The notes: generated by a model from the letters alone, not told the origin. Shown: positions 21,607 to 32,126, counted from the stretch's first letter. The stretch is DNA of 64,000 nucleotides from Chthonomonadales bacterium (GCA_049967475.1 JBMFSQ010000011.1:32001-96000); one strand, 5' to 3'. Numbers and translations: made by a program.

Positions 21607-22619
21607 GCGCTCCCGCACGCATCGGCACGGATCCCGACACCGGCCTTGCTTCCTTCCTGGAATGGCTTCAGCCAGACCTCCAAGTGATCGAGGAGCACAT
21701 TAACGCCGAGATCGCATCGGATGTGCGGGAGATATGCAACCTCGGAGGCCACGTACTGCGCGCCGGGGGTAAACGCCTTCGGCCCGCCATGGTCGTGCTC
21801 TCCGCCCGCGCTGTAAACCCTGAGCCCGATGTGCAGCGTCTGGTTACCATTGCCGCATCCGTTGAACTCGTGCACATGGCCACCCTCGTACACGACGATG
21901 TGGTGGATAACACGTCCATACGGCGCGGACGCCCCACAGCCAATGCGGTCTTCGGCAATGGCGTGGCGGTATTGGCCGGGGACTTCCTGCTTGCCAAAGC
22001 CATGCGACTGCTTGCGTTGGACGGCGATCTTCGGGTGATCCGCACGGTGTCGGATATCACCACAGAGATGAGCGAGGGCGAAGTGATGGAGATCCTCGCC
22101 ACGGGAGACGCCGCCATAACACCCGGGCATTACTTCGAGATCCTCCGTAAGAAGACTGCCGTGTTCGTGGACGGCTGCTGCCGCTGCGGCGCCATCGTGG
22201 GAGGTGCCACTCCGGAACAGGAGGCCGCCCTCGCGCAATACGGATACCATCTGGGCATGGCCTTCCAGATTGCCGACGATCTCTTGGACTATACCGGAGA
22301 TCCCCGCATCACGGGCAAGCCGGTGGGGAGCGACTTGAGAGACGGGCGCGCTACGCTCCCCCTCCTCATCGCCTTGAGCGAAGCAAGCCCCTCCTCCCGG
22401 GACACGCTCCTGGAGGTATTCGGCCGCGATCCGTTGCATCCGGACGATGTGGCCCGCGTCGTGCACATCATGCATGAGTGCGACGCCTTCGAGCATACCC
22501 GCGCCATCGCACGCCGCCACGTACAACAGGCCGAACTTGCCCTGGAAGCACTTCCTGCCAGCCTCGCACGGGAATGCTTCGCGGCGCTGAACCAATATGT
22601 AATCCAGAGGGACAAGTGA
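21603..22619 (+). CDS. Polyprenyl diphosphate synthase (HepT/IspB-like)
   Basis: GGKRLRP, LVHDDVVD..RRG, FQIADDLLD; ATGA overlap with menG. Confidence 0.95.
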   Translation: MSAPARIGTDPDTGLASFLEWLQPDLQVIEEHINAEIASDVREICNLGGHVLRAGGKRLRPAMVVLSARAVNPEPDVQRLVTIAASVELVHMATLVHDDVVDNTSIRRGRPTANAVFGNGVAVLAGDFLLAKAMRLLALDGDLRVIRTVSDITTEMSEGEVMEILATGDAAITPGHYFEILRKKTAVFVDGCCRCGAIVGGATPEQEAALAQYGYHLGMAFQIADDLLDYTGDPRITGKPVGSDLRDGRATLPLLIALSEASPSSRDTLLEVFGRDPLHPDDVARVVHIMHECDAFEHTRAIARRHVQQAELALEALPASLARECFAALNQYVIQRDK

Positions 22620-23419
22620 GCCGGGCTGGTTCGCTTCCGCATCCCGTTGCGTACGTGTTCGACCTCGACGGGGTTCTCTACCGCATGGATGAACCGGTTC
22701 CATGGGCCCGGGAAGCTTTGGAACGGCTGCGGGCGGCAGGGCGCAGGATCTTTTTCTTGACGAACAACTCCTCCAAGACACGCGCCGATTATGTAGCCAA
22801 GCTCGCCGGCTTCGGCATCCCCGCAACCGAAGAGGAAGTAATGACCTCTGCCTACGCTCTGGGCGTCCATTTCGCCGAAGCGGGTGCTGCAGGTTCGAGC
22901 GTGTATGTCATTGGGGAACAGGGTCTCGTTGCCGAATTGCAGGCAGCCGGGATGCGGGTAGTGCCCTTCCACCCGCAACATTCTGCCGATTACGTGGTGG
23001 TCGGGTGGGACCGGGGGCTTACATATACGAAGCTTGCCGAAGCCCACCGCCTCATCACGGCAGGGTCCAGGTTCATCGCCACGAACCGCGACGCCACCTA
23101 TCCGGACGCCGGCGGCCTTACCCTCCCCGGTAACGGCGCTGCCGTGGCTGCTCTGGTTACCTCGACAGGGGTCAACCCGCTCACCATAGGCAAGCCCGAG
23201 CCTTACACCGTACAACTGATCCTGCGGAGGGCCGGCATCGCTCCGGAACAATGCCTGGTGGTGGGCGACCGCCTGGACACGGACATCGCAGCCGGAAAGC
23301 GGGTGGGCACGCCCACGGCCCTCGTCCTTACCGGCGTAACCTCCCGGGCCGAAGCGGAAGCCGCGCCGCCTCATCTCCAGCCGGACTTCATCCTGGAGGA
23401 CTTGCGCGCCCTTCCCTAG
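22616..23419 (+). CDS. HAD-IIA (NagD-like) phosphatase
   Basis: FDLDGVLY, LTNNS, ATNRD, GKP, VGDRLDTDI. Confidence 0.93.
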   Translation: MSRAGSLPHPVAYVFDLDGVLYRMDEPVPWAREALERLRAAGRRIFFLTNNSSKTRADYVAKLAGFGIPATEEEVMTSAYALGVHFAEAGAAGSSVYVIGEQGLVAELQAAGMRVVPFHPQHSADYVVVGWDRGLTYTKLAEAHRLITAGSRFIATNRDATYPDAGGLTLPGNGAAVAALVTSTGVNPLTIGKPEPYTVQLILRRAGIAPEQCLVVGDRLDTDIAAGKRVGTPTALVLTGVTSRAEAEAAPPHLQPDFILEDLRALP

Positions 23420-23431
23420 CCGGCTCCCCGC

Positions 23432-24910
23432 CTAGGCGGTCCGCTCCAGGGAGGGCGCCGGCGGGTTCTCCGGGATGTCTGGTGCGGGCAAATCCGCGGA
23501 CTGGAAGCACAACCAATTGGAATGGAGCACGCGGTTGCGTCCGGACCGCTTAGCGTGGTAGAGAGCTCGGTCGGCTTCTTTCACCAAATCCGAGGGATGG
23601 TCCATGCGCATATCGCGCGTGGCGATGCCGAAGCTGGCGGTTACCGGGCGCAGGGGCCATGGATGGGCTTCGACGGCACAACGAAGCCGCTCTGCGATCT
23701 GGATGCTTTGCTTGGCATCGGCTCCGGGCAGCAGCACGGCGAATTCTTCCCCGCCGTAGCGGGCCGCCGTGTCGCAATCCCGCACGTTCTCCTTTAGGAT
23801 CCGGCTTACTGTTCGCAGTACATCATCCCCTGCAGGGTGCCCGAAGGTGTCGTTGTAATCTTTGAATTTGTCTACGTCCAGCATGATGAGGGAGAGTTCC
23901 ATATTCTGGCGGGAAGAAAGCGCAAAGAGGTCGTTAAGGGACGAGAGGAAGAAGCGATGGTTCCGAAGGCCCGTGAGGCCATCGGTTCGGGCCGACTCGG
24001 CGAGGGCGGCGTTGGCCGCCTTGAGTTCTTCGTTGAGCGCATCGGCGCGGCGAAGTTGTTGTTCCAATTCTCTGCGCAAGCGGTTCCGCTCGGTAACATC
24101 CATGGTTGCGGCAATGGCTCCGGTTATGACGCCTTCCGGACCCCTCAGCGGGAACGTACTCAGAAGAACGTCTATCTGCCGGCCATCCAGGGCGAAGTGG
24201 CAGCACTCCAGGTTCACCATCCGCTCACCCTTGAACACGCGGGTTACGATGCCCTTGCTCGTTTCCACATCTTCCGGCCCCACCAGCACCTCCCAAACCG
24301 GGCGCTCAAAAACCTTAGGGCCGGTCCATCCGTACAATTCTTCGGCGGCATGGTTCCACTCGTGGATGCGTCCTTCAGCGTCGTAGGTGTACGCGGGAAC
24401 GGGCAAGCCGTCGAAGAGCTGGGAAAAGCGCAAATTGGCTGCGGACACACACGACATCGTCTCCTGCAGTTCCTCGTTCTGGGCGGACATTTCGTCCCGT
24501 ATCTCTTCCAGCTCCTCGGCATGGCGGCGGAGATCGTCCTGCATCTTGAGGATGCGTTGGGCTACACCCAAGCGCGCCAGGAGCTCATCGGGATCGAGAG
24601 GCTTGGTGAGAAAGTCATCAGCACCGGCTTGGAGCCCTTCCAGGCGGTCCTCACGGTGGTCCTTGGCGGTGCACAGGATGAAATACGCATAATAATCGTG
24701 GATATTGCTGCGCACGAGCCTGCAGAGCTGCAAACCGTCCATTTCGGGCATCATCCAATCGGAGATAATGATCCTACAGGGTTCCGCTTGAATGAGTTGC
24801 CAGGCCGCCAGCCCGTTCGGGGCGATTTGGGGCGTATGCCCCAACTTCTCGATCATGCGCGCCAGGATCCGTTGGGACACGGCGTCGTCTTCAACCACCA
24901 GAATCTTCAC
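23432..24910 (-). CDS. REC-PAS-GGDEF diguanylate cyclase
   Basis: ISDWMMPEMDG receiver; PAS (WNHAAEELYGW); DGLTGL, RDCD I-site, RYGGEEF. Confidence 0.95.
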   Translation of the reverse strand: MKILVVEDDAVSQRILARMIEKLGHTPQIAPNGLAAWQLIQAEPCRIIISDWMMPEMDGLQLCRLVRSNIHDYYAYFILCTAKDHREDRLEGLQAGADDFLTKPLDPDELLARLGVAQRILKMQDDLRRHAEELEEIRDEMSAQNEELQETMSCVSAANLRFSQLFDGLPVPAYTYDAEGRIHEWNHAAEELYGWTGPKVFERPVWEVLVGPEDVETSKGIVTRVFKGERMVNLECCHFALDGRQIDVLLSTFPLRGPEGVITGAIAATMDVTERNRLRRELEQQLRRADALNEELKAANAALAESARTDGLTGLRNHRFFLSSLNDLFALSSRQNMELSLIMLDVDKFKDYNDTFGHPAGDDVLRTVSRILKENVRDCDTAARYGGEEFAVLLPGADAKQSIQIAERLRCAVEAHPWPLRPVTASFGIATRDMRMDHPSDLVKEADRALYHAKRSGRNRVLHSNWLCFQSADLPAPDIPENPPAPSLERTA

Positions 24911-25097
24911 ACTGCTGCCTCCAACAGGCGATCATTCCGTGGATCCGCCGGGCTGCGGCAACGAGGCGGCACGCCCGGGGAAGTCCACGCACCTCGGGAT
25001 GCGGGGCTTCTTGGTGTCTTTATCGGTTCACGCGCCATCCAACTGGAGCGCATACTCCGATTGATCCGGCCGGCTGCAGCGGCTACAATAAGATCGG

Positions 25098-26162
25098 ATG
25101 AAGGAGGCCGCGCTGCGAATGGTGCATCAGCTTGGTACGGCGACACTCAAGTCGGGCGAAAAACTGGAGATTGTACGAGTTTCGTCTCCAGACACACAGG
25201 AAGCGCAAGCCGTGCGCGACCTGCTGGAGGAACGACCCGCGCCCCTTCCGCCGGAATTCCGATATCTTTTTCAGGCTGTGAAGGAGCTTTTGGCCCACAA
25301 AAGCCCTGAGTGGCACACGCACATGGATGCTGCCCTGCGGGGAGACACCGGCGGCCTCCAGACACGCTTCTACCTGGGCGTACTCGACGGAAGGCCGGTA
25401 GCCAATGTCCTCACCTCCGAGCAGCATGGCATCGGCATCGTGTCTCACGTGTTCACCCATCCCCAGCACCGGCAGAAAGGCATCTGCCGGGCCGTGATGG
25501 GCGCTCAGATGGAGGACTTCCGTGCGCGAGGCGGGCGCGCCTTGTTGCTGGGTACGGGCTTTGAGACACCCCCGTACTGGATCTACCATTCCTTCGGCTT
25601 CCGATCCATTCAAGGCGGCTTCATGCGGTACACCACGCCAGGTTTCGAGGGCTTCGAGGAGGACTGGTTCGCTCCACGCGATGCGCAGATCGTTCCCGCA
25701 GATTGGCGCCACTGGCCTCTTGTGGCGTTGCTGGCCTCCCTTCCGGCCCCCGAGCGTCTGCGAAGCTATGCCTGGCGCCTATTCGGCGTCGGGAATTTGG
25801 AGCACCCCTATGTGGATTTCATGAGCCGCCGATTGAACCGAGGGGATGTGAATGGGGTGATGCTCGAGGCAGAGAATGGGGCTGTAGTCGGTTGCGGCAC
25901 CCTTATACCCGATGCAGTCTGGCCCCAAATCCAAATTCTGGACGTTTTCACGCACCCGAACTTCACGGAGCGCCTCATCGAACTGGTCCGCGCCCTCGTG
26001 CCGAGGCAGGGCCGCATCCTTGCCTATGCCGATGCGAACGCCCCGCACAAAGCAGCGGCCCTGGAAGAGTGTTCCTTCGTGCGTGAAGGGACACTGCGCA
26101 ACCACCTGCGTGCGGGCCAAGCGCGGGGCGACGTATACGTGTATGCTCGAAATGGAGAGTAG
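25098..26162 (+). CDS. Tandem GNAT acetyltransferase
   Basis: VFTHPQHRQKGI acetyl-CoA motif, YHSFGF; second GNAT-like half. Confidence 0.8.
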   Translation: MKEAALRMVHQLGTATLKSGEKLEIVRVSSPDTQEAQAVRDLLEERPAPLPPEFRYLFQAVKELLAHKSPEWHTHMDAALRGDTGGLQTRFYLGVLDGRPVANVLTSEQHGIGIVSHVFTHPQHRQKGICRAVMGAQMEDFRARGGRALLLGTGFETPPYWIYHSFGFRSIQGGFMRYTTPGFEGFEEDWFAPRDAQIVPADWRHWPLVALLASLPAPERLRSYAWRLFGVGNLEHPYVDFMSRRLNRGDVNGVMLEAENGAVVGCGTLIPDAVWPQIQILDVFTHPNFTERLIELVRALVPRQGRILAYADANAPHKAAALEECSFVREGTLRNHLRAGQARGDVYVYARNGE

Positions 26163-26163
26163 A

Positions 26164-27351
26164 ATGCGCACCCTTTACTTGGATTGCTTTGCCGGCATCG
26201 CGGGTGATATGCTTTTGGGAGCGATGCTCGCGTGCGGCGTCGAAGAGGAGCGCCTGCGGCAGGAGCTGGCGCGCCTCAACGTACGCGGATGGAAATTGCG
26301 CGTGGAGAACGTTCAGCGCAACGGCATCGGCGCGGTGGATGTGTCCGTAGACGTTGAGGATGCCCCCCACCATCACCGGCATCTGGCGGATATCGAAGAG
26401 ATCATCACGTCGAGTTCGCTGCCGCAGCGCGTTCAGGAGCGCGCCGTCGCCGTGTTCCGAAGGCTGGCCGAGGCCGAGGCCAAGATCCACGGCACCACAC
26501 CCCAGAAGATCCATTTCCACGAGGTGGGCGCCCTGGACGCGATTGTGGATATCACCGGCGCCTGCATCGGGCTGGAGCTTTTGGGCGTAGAACAAGTGGT
26601 CGCGTCTCCCTTACCCATGGGCCGAGGCTTCGTAGAATGCGCCCACGGCATCCTGCCCCTCCCGGCTCCTGCGGTTCTGGAGCTTCTTCGTGGCGTTCCG
26701 GCCTACGGCGTAGATGTGGAAGCAGAGTTGGTGACGCCCACAGGAGCCGCCCTGGTCACGACGCTGGCCCAATCCTATGGTCCCCTGCCGGTCATGGCCA
26801 TCGAGGCCACGGGATACGGAGCAGGCAAGCGGCAACTGAAGGATCGTCCGAACCTCCTCCGAGCGATCCTAGGAACGGTGGATGCGCATTTCGCCTCATC
26901 CGCCCCGGAAGTGGCTGTGCTGGAAACGAACCTGGACGACGTTTCCCCGCAGTTTTACGAGGTGGTGACGCGACGCCTGTTCGACGCCGGCGCATTGGAC
27001 GTATACCTAACTCCCGTGCAGATGAAAAAGGAGCGGCCCGGAGTTCTGCTGACCGTGCTGGCGGATCCGCAGCGCGCCGAGGCATTGGCCGATGTGATCT
27101 TCCGCGAAACCACAACCATGGGAGTGCGGTTCCATATGGGGAAGCGCCTCTGCCTGGAACGGGAATGGCAAACGGTGCAAACCGAGTACGGCGCTATCCG
27201 GGTGAAAATAGGCCGATGGAAGGGCGCGCCTACGGTAGCCTCCCCGGAATACGAGGACGTAAAGGCGGCGGCTTCGGCAAGCGGAGCACCCGTCTACAAG
27301 GTTTATCAGGCAGCCCAGGCCGCCTACAATCAACAGATGTCCTCCGGCTGA
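26164..27351 (+). CDS. larC: Nickel pincer cofactor biosynthesis protein LarC
   Basis: LDCFAGIAGDMLLGA, His-rich loop, HFHEVGALD, TPTGAA, ETNLDD, MKKERPG, PEYED. Confidence 0.95.
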   Translation: MRTLYLDCFAGIAGDMLLGAMLACGVEEERLRQELARLNVRGWKLRVENVQRNGIGAVDVSVDVEDAPHHHRHLADIEEIITSSSLPQRVQERAVAVFRRLAEAEAKIHGTTPQKIHFHEVGALDAIVDITGACIGLELLGVEQVVASPLPMGRGFVECAHGILPLPAPAVLELLRGVPAYGVDVEAELVTPTGAALVTTLAQSYGPLPVMAIEATGYGAGKRQLKDRPNLLRAILGTVDAHFASSAPEVAVLETNLDDVSPQFYEVVTRRLFDAGALDVYLTPVQMKKERPGVLLTVLADPQRAEALADVIFRETTTMGVRFHMGKRLCLEREWQTVQTEYGAIRVKIGRWKGAPTVASPEYEDVKAAASASGAPVYKVYQAAQAAYNQQMSSG

Positions 27352-27402
27352 TGACGCGCCGCCGTTGTGGAAACGACACTGTTGGCAACGGGCTAAGCAC
27401 CG

Positions 27403-27879
27403 ATGCAACCTCATGAGACGAACCTCTTTTGCCCGCGCTGCGGCACTCGGAATGTGCTGGGGCATCCCCGGTGCCGGGGATGCGGCGCTTCGCTCCCCCC
27501 GCCTGAAGTCCTGATCCCGCGCAGGGCAGCCGGACCGCGCCGCGGGCGGTTCTTTGGCTTTGCGGCCTTGGCGATTGCAGCGCTCATCCTCGCCGGCTTC
27601 CTCGTGCTCCACCAGGTTGCGGGAAGGACCGGCGTAACCCCGGGGACAGCTCCGTTCCCGGCAAGCTTGCAGCCGGCGCGGTCGTCCTCGGAGGCGGCGC
27701 CTGCAGAAGAAGATCCCCTCATTGCGGAAGCCCGCCGCACCATCCGGCGCCTGCAGGAAGAACATGGGTTGGCTCCGCCTCCTACGGATGAGGCAGGGCG
27801 CGTCCACCTCAGATCCGGCGGAAGCATCAGCCGGGAGGAGTGGGAGCGCGCGGCGCGCAGCCTCCAGTCCCAACCGTAG
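27403..27879 (+). CDS. Zinc-ribbon single-pass membrane protein
   Basis: CPRCG...CRGCG followed by a TM helix. Confidence 0.65.
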   Translation: MQPHETNLFCPRCGTRNVLGHPRCRGCGASLPPPEVLIPRRAAGPRRGRFFGFAALAIAALILAGFLVLHQVAGRTGVTPGTAPFPASLQPARSSSEAAPAEEDPLIAEARRTIRRLQEEHGLAPPPTDEAGRVHLRSGGSISREEWERAARSLQSQP

Positions 27880-27914
27880 ACCCTGCATTCCACCGAAACA
27901 GGAGGATCTCACCC

Positions 27915-28262
27915 ATGCCGATCTTCGAGTATCGCTGCAATCAATGCCATAGACGCTTCAGCGCACTGGTAGGCGTGCTCGCCGAGGCCCGCCCGCCTGC
28001 CTGCCCCCGGTGCGGCTCCAAGGATCTGCAGAAGATGGTGTCCCGCTTTGCACGCGTGCGCTCGGAAGAGGACGCCTTGGAAGATCTTGCCGATGAGAGC
28101 CGTTACGGCGACATCGAGAATGACCCTAAGGCCATGCGGCAATGGGTTCGGGATATGGGCAAGGCCATGGACGAAGACATGGAGGAAGACCTGGAAGCGG
28201 CCTTGGATGAGGAGCTCTCCGGCAAGGAAGCAGGCGCAGGCGATGACGACACGGTATACTGA
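27915..28262 (+). CDS. FmdB-family zinc ribbon protein
   Basis: MPIFEYRCNQC...CPRCGS; acidic tail; RBS GGAGG. Confidence 0.88.
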   Translation: MPIFEYRCNQCHRRFSALVGVLAEARPPACPRCGSKDLQKMVSRFARVRSEEDALEDLADESRYGDIENDPKAMRQWVRDMGKAMDEDMEEDLEAALDEELSGKEAGAGDDDTVY

Positions 28263-28327
28263 TGGGGCGAAGAGCTTGCCCGCCCGTCACCTGGGGCAGG
28301 CGCGCTGCGTAAGGTATTTCAGGAGGA

Positions 28328-29278
28328 GTGGCCAGCGTGAAAGGCGTCCGGTTGTGCGCGTTTGCATTGGTGTTGATCGTCCAGGCGGGCGTGGGTTCGG
28401 CTTCCCTGCCTCCCACCCGTTCCGGTGCGCGGAGGGCAAGCGCTTGGAGCGAAGGCCGCTACGTGTCCGCGGCCGAAATTGCTGCCCGCCAGGAATGGGA
28501 ACGCGAACGGGGCATCATATATCCCAAGCTTGTGCGCGGGAACCCCAACCTCAAGGAGATTGCCCTCACCTTCGATGACGGGCCGCATCCGGCCTTTACC
28601 CCGCGCCTTCTGGATCTCTTGGCGCGCCTGCACGTGAAGGCTACTTTCTTCCTCGTAGGCAAGATGGTGGACAGGTATCCCGATCTCGTGCGCCAGGAGG
28701 TGGCCCAGGGTCACGAGGTTGCCAATCATACGTACGACCATTTGCGCCTGGCAAGCGTACCTCCGGCCCTTATCGAACCTGAATTGAAGGAAGGGAGCCT
28801 CGCCCTCGTACGCGCTGTTGGGAGCCCTACGCGCTTCTACCGCCCGCCGGGCGGAGAGTACAATGCCGATGTGATCGAAGCAGGCCGAAGGCTCGGGTAC
28901 ATCATGGTGCTTTGGACCAACGATCCCGGCGATTACCGGCGTCCGTCGGGAGCATTGCTCGAGGAGCGGCTGCTTCGGGATGTGAGCAACGGCGCCATCA
29001 TCCTTCTGCACGACGGCATCCCACAAACGCTCACCATTTTGCCCAGGCTCGTGACGGCATTGCGCAGAGAGGGATACCGTTTCGTAACCATCTCCGAAAT
29101 GGCTGCTGCCGGGGGCGTCGTTACTGCCGGCGGGCCGAGGGTACGCATGCCCAGCATGAAGGTGGAGAGCGGCTTTGTGGACATTACCGGCAATCGGCCT
29201 TCGCCGGAGGTGCTTTCCACGATGAAGGCTCTGGAAGGCCGGTCCATCACCGCAAAACGGCGTCCAACGGCGGATTAA
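28328..29278 (+). CDS. Polysaccharide deacetylase (NodB/CE4)
   Basis: LTFDDGP, NHTYDH, RPPGG, ILLHD. Confidence 0.93.
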   Translation: MASVKGVRLCAFALVLIVQAGVGSASLPPTRSGARRASAWSEGRYVSAAEIAARQEWERERGIIYPKLVRGNPNLKEIALTFDDGPHPAFTPRLLDLLARLHVKATFFLVGKMVDRYPDLVRQEVAQGHEVANHTYDHLRLASVPPALIEPELKEGSLALVRAVGSPTRFYRPPGGEYNADVIEAGRRLGYIMVLWTNDPGDYRRPSGALLEERLLRDVSNGAIILLHDGIPQTLTILPRLVTALRREGYRFVTISEMAAAGGVVTAGGPRVRMPSMKVESGFVDITGNRPSPEVLSTMKALEGRSITAKRRPTAD

Positions 29279-30768
29279 CCGGTTTCGGTGCGCCCTGGCC
29301 GGATGCCCTTTCGTTCTAAGCGCTTGGCCTCGCCCCAGAGTTCGTCCAGTTCCTTAAGCGTGTAGTCTTTCAGATCGCGCCCTTCACTTTTGGCCCTCTC
29401 TTCCATCCATCGGAAGCGGGTTGCAAAGCGCGCCAGCATCGTACGCAGAGCTTCTTCGGGATCTACACGTTGCCACCTGGCAATGTTCACAAGAGCGAAA
29501 AGGAGATCTCCCAGTTCCTCGCGCACCTCTTCGGCGCGTCCGGCCGCGACGGCTTCCCGCAGCTCTTGCAGCTCCTCATCTACTTTCTCGAAGACGTCCT
29601 CCAGACGCTCCCACTCGAAGCCCACCTTGGCCGCCCGCTTGCTCATCTCCATGGCACGCATGAGGGCGGGAAGCCTCTTGGGGATGCCGTCCAAAACGGA
29701 TTTGCGCCACTCCGGGCCCTTCTCACTACGCTTGATGGCCTCCCAGTTGCGCAGCACCTCGTCGGCGTTCGCAACGGCTGCGTCGCCAAACACGTGAGGA
29801 TGCCTCCTCACGAGCTTCTCCACGATGCGGGCAATGACGTCGCGGATGTCGAACACGCCCTCTTCTGCCGCGAGTTGGGCATGGAAGACCACCTGCAGCA
29901 GAACGTCGCCCAGCTCCTCTGCGAGCGCATCCGGATCTTCAGCCTCGATGGCGTCCAGTACCTCATAACACTCCTCAACAAGGTAGCGCTCCAGCGTGCG
30001 GTGGTTCTGCTCCCGATCCCAAGGACATCCTCCCGGACCGCGCAGGCGCGCCATGACGTCCACCAGGTCTTCGAAGCGCGTTCGACGCAGGGGCGGCGGC
30101 AGGGCCGGCACAAAAACTGCCGTAAGGTGATCCACCGGCATGCGGTCCAGTTGATGCAGCGGCACCTCGTCCACTGCTTCGGCTCCGGGCACCCCCGCAG
30201 AGCGTACGATGCGTATGGGCGCTTCATCGGGATACTCGGCCATGAGCGCAAGCTTTACCGACGACGCAGTGGCACGGTCGTACACCTGGTAAATGAGAAG
30301 GTCCAGGTCGGGGCGCAGGGTCCTCGCATCCAGTGCCAGCGCATCCTGGATGACGATGCCTGCTCCAATCGGCACGGCCAGAGCGGTCAAGGCTGCCTCA
30401 ATGAAGGATGCCGAACCCACGATGTGCACAGGGATGCCAAGCGCCCTGGCTTTCTGGAGGATGAGGCGCACCGAGGCTTCGCCTATAAGAGGATGGCCTG
30501 GAAGCGCATATCCTACCTCCCCTTCCGCAGCCGCTCGAAGCACTCGATCGGCAGCCGCATCATAGACTTCTTCGAAGGTGGCTGCCTTTTCATAGAGGTC
30601 ATCCAGCGTGTCGAACGGGATGCCTTCGGCGCGGAGGTCGTCTGCCGCCGGATGGACGGCGGTGCGGAGGATGAGTTTCCGCGGTTGGTGCAGCGCCTGC
30701 CAGGCATCCAAAGACATCATGCCTTTGCGCGCAGGACCCAGACCAATCAGAACGATCGTATTGGACAG
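29275..30768 (-). CDS. mazG: YabN-type tetrapyrrole methylase-like/MazG fusion; probable CTG start
   Basis: GCPWDREQ, EELGDVLLQVVFH, RRHPHVF, EELGDLLF; the conserved N-terminal TIVLIGLGP lies upstream of the first ATG. Confidence 0.9.
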   Translation of the reverse strand: MSNTIVLIGLGPARKGMMSLDAWQALHQPRKLILRTAVHPAADDLRAEGIPFDTLDDLYEKAATFEEVYDAAADRVLRAAAEGEVGYALPGHPLIGEASVRLILQKARALGIPVHIVGSASFIEAALTALAVPIGAGIVIQDALALDARTLRPDLDLLIYQVYDRATASSVKLALMAEYPDEAPIRIVRSAGVPGAEAVDEVPLHQLDRMPVDHLTAVFVPALPPPLRRTRFEDLVDVMARLRGPGGCPWDREQNHRTLERYLVEECYEVLDAIEAEDPDALAEELGDVLLQVVFHAQLAAEEGVFDIRDVIARIVEKLVRRHPHVFGDAAVANADEVLRNWEAIKRSEKGPEWRKSVLDGIPKRLPALMRAMEMSKRAAKVGFEWERLEDVFEKVDEELQELREAVAAGRAEEVREELGDLLFALVNIARWQRVDPEEALRTMLARFATRFRWMEERAKSEGRDLKDYTLKELDELWGEAKRLERKGIRPGRTETG

Positions 30769-30882
30769 GACAGTTCTCCGTAGACGCGTGTGTGGGGGCG
30801 GAGCTTTGGTTAGGGACCGGCCCCGGGGTGCATCTTCGTTATACCCCGCGCCAAACGGGGAGAGACAGGTGCGTCCAGAAGG

Positions 30883-31515
30883 CTAGAACAGGGTAGGGGG
30901 CGGTTCCTTGCGGGCCTGAATTACTTTTCGGCGCGCCTCTTCGATGTCGGTGATCAGTTGCTGCTTAAGCTGCTCGTAAACCGCTCCTTCCTGCCGGAGG
31001 ATGTAGGCAGGGTGGAGCGTTGCCATGGCATAGCGGGCGTAGGCGCATGTGGTGAACCACTGACCGCGCTCCTGTGAGATGCGAAAGTTCTTGTGGATGA
31101 GGGTGTTGGCAGCAGGGGAGCCCAAGCACACGATGACGAGGGGGTGGATGGCCTCGAGCTGCCGCGCCAGCCAAGGGAAGCAGGCTTCCACCTCGTCTAT
31201 GCGGGGAGCCCGGTTCAGCACGCGTCCGCCCTCCACCTGAGATGCCCGGCATTTGACGATGTTGCATATATACACATGCTTGCGGGTGATGCCGCACGCG
31301 CGCAAACATTCATCCAGCAGCGCCCCAGCCCTGCCTACAAAGGGACGTCCGGTAAGATCTTCCTGTTGGCCCGGTCCCTCGCCGACGAAAACGAGCGGGG
31401 CGTTAGGGTTCCCTTCCCCGAAGACCACCTGGGTGCGTGTCTCCGCCAGGCCGCACGCCGTACAATGAGCCGCCTGGGCTGCCAAGCGGTCCAGCTCTTC
31501 TGCGCTGCTACTCAT
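30883..31515 (-). CDS. Uracil-DNA glycosylase family 4
   Basis: CTACGL Fe-S cysteines, VGEGPG, PFVGRAG, NIVKCR, HPAY. Confidence 0.93.
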   Translation of the reverse strand: MSSSAEELDRLAAQAAHCTACGLAETRTQVVFGEGNPNAPLVFVGEGPGQQEDLTGRPFVGRAGALLDECLRACGITRKHVYICNIVKCRASQVEGGRVLNRAPRIDEVEACFPWLARQLEAIHPLVIVCLGSPAANTLIHKNFRISQERGQWFTTCAYARYAMATLHPAYILRQEGAVYEQLKQQLITDIEEARRKVIQARKEPPPTLF

Positions 31516-31993
31516 CCGCCAACAATTCCTTTAGGCGATAATATGCTGCCTCCAGGCTCTCGGGGATCACCCGTGTGTCGCCGATCACGGCCATGAAGTT
31601 CGTGTCGCCGCTCCATCGGGGCACAATATGTACGTGCACATGGTCGGCGATGCCGGCTCCGGCGACGCGCCCCAAATTGATGCCCACATTGAAGCCGTCG
31701 GGGCGGCATGCCCGCTTCAGCAGATTGATGCCCCGGCGCGTGAGAGCCATCAACTCCAACAGCTCCGCATCCTCGAGATCGTTCAAGTCCGCGGTATGCC
31801 GATAAGGGCTCACCATCAGATGGCCGTTACTATAGGGGAAGGCATTGAGCATGATGAAGCAGCGGTCGCCCCGAAGAAGCAAAAGGTTCTCGGCATCCTG
31901 CTGCTGAGCCGGCTTCACGCAGAAGATGCACCCTTCCGCTTCATCGGCCACCTCGATGTAGCGCATGCGCCACGGCGCCCACAACCGTTCCAT
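31508..31993 (-). CDS. HIT family hydrolase (Ap4A phosphorylase-like)
   Basis: LWAPWR, CIFC, HVHVHIVPRW.GD.NFM; RBS AGGAGG. Confidence 0.93.
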   Translation of the reverse strand: MERLWAPWRMRYIEVADEAEGCIFCVKPAQQQDAENLLLLRGDRCFIMLNAFPYSNGHLMVSPYRHTADLNDLEDAELLELMALTRRGINLLKRACRPDGFNVGINLGRVAGAGIADHVHVHIVPRWSGDTNFMAVIGDTRVIPESLEAAYYRLKELLADE

Positions 31994-32054
31994 AGCAGCT
32001 CCTCCTGCCATAGATTGTACGCACTGTGTCAAGTACCCGCGCCTCCACGCCATG

Positions 32055-32063
32055 TGCTATAAT
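32055..32063 (+). promoter_or_regulatory. Extended -10 promoter of the aminotransferase-hflX operon
   Basis: TGCTATAAT about 64 nt upstream of the TTG start. Confidence 0.65.
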
Positions 32064-32126
32064 CGGCCGATATGGAGCAGGCAGACCCTACACTGCACCG
32101 CGCATTTCGTTGAGGAGTTCCCCACC

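Noticed and set aside
24911..25020. Possible c-di-GMP riboswitch ahead of the diguanylate cyclase
   Set aside because: No GEMM-I/II consensus elements recognised
32014..32032. TTGACA and TACAAT on the minus strand before the HIT gene
   Set aside because: Only 7 nt apart, so they cannot form one promoter
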